Assembly (NCBI GenBank): GCA_034780895.1
Contig: JAUZTB010000064.1
Coordinates: forward strand, 59,838,044-59,902,043
DNA length: 64,000 bases
Source of the DNA: Rhynchobatus australiae
Lineage: Eukaryota
Reading direction: 5' to 3'
A program made the translations under genes and the position numbers. Below, in pieces: positions 63,770 through 64,000 of this stretch. The notes beneath the pieces were generated by a model. It was not told the DNA's origin and did not search any database. It worked only from the letters and a program-made list of their open reading frames with translations. Every line of letters begins with the position of its first letter. The first letter of the stretch is position 1.

Positions 63770-64000
63770 CCCGATGACCGAACGGTCCATTTACCAACCC
63801 CATTTATAAACTGGACGCGGGTATCTGAAGAACACTGCGCTTGTATCCTCGTCATTTCAACCCACCAGAACTGCGTGGAAGGGAAGCTCTGGCGACTCCG
63901 CCATGTGACCGGGCTTCAACCCCCCGCTCAGTAACCGAGTCCCGACGCCATCGACCACGAGGTCGGCACCGGCCCGGAGCCGAACCATGCGGGTTGGGGC
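63770..64000. promoter_or_regulatory. Edge of a second CpG island with YY1-like CGCCAT motifs (63899-63904, 63946-63951)
   Basis: Sharp rise in GC/CpG up to the window end; interpreted as the promoter/first-intron region of the snoRNA host gene. Confidence 0.7.

Larger units (their letters stand above)
59660..64000 (-). ncRNA. Putative spliced non-coding snoRNA host gene (DANCR-syntenic); 5' end beyond the window
   Basis: Three same-strand H/ACA snoRNAs separated by candidate AG/GT-bounded short exons (63870-63795, 62689-62573, 62325-62289, 61178-61132). Candidate last exon from the acceptor at 59829 to AATAAA at 59682-59677. CpG island at the right edge; no long ORF. Confidence 0.6.

Noticed and set aside
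63857-63904. ATGGCGGAG... ORF (MAESPELPFHAVLVG*) on the minus strand
   Set aside because: Only 15 codons; the ATGGCG is better explained as a YY1-type motif and the pyrimidine run as a splice acceptor.

Overview
Eukaryotic, repeat-rich vertebrate DNA with many N gaps. The repeat mix (CR1/HER1-type LINEs, HE1/V-SINEs, DeuSINEs, Penelope-derived palindromes) points to a cartilaginous fish (shark or ray). Left end: promoter CpG island and coding exons 1-3 of RASL11B on the minus strand; the last exon lies outside the window. Middle (~1.3-59 kb): no recognisable host genes. It is mostly decayed LINE/SINE fragments, several nested, plus one Penelope-like element remnant with a GIY-YIG endonuclease relic and a decayed dimer-type hammerhead ribozyme. 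Right end (~59.6-64 kb, minus strand) is the most interesting part: three tandem box H/ACA snoRNAs of the SNORA26/SNORA27 family, each apparently in its own intron of a short-exon non-coding host gene whose CpG promoter runs off the right edge. This is the position and orientation of mammalian DANCR relative to RASL11B. Two copies look SNORA26-like and one SNORA27-like. One candidate host exon gives a short spliced ORF with a faint resemblance to the RPL21 N-terminus, which would fit the host being a de-coded 2R paralogue of RPL21. Family assignments come from recalled reference sequences, not database searches. Repeat boundaries are approximate (about +/-30 bp) and host-gene exons are predicted from splice signals only.
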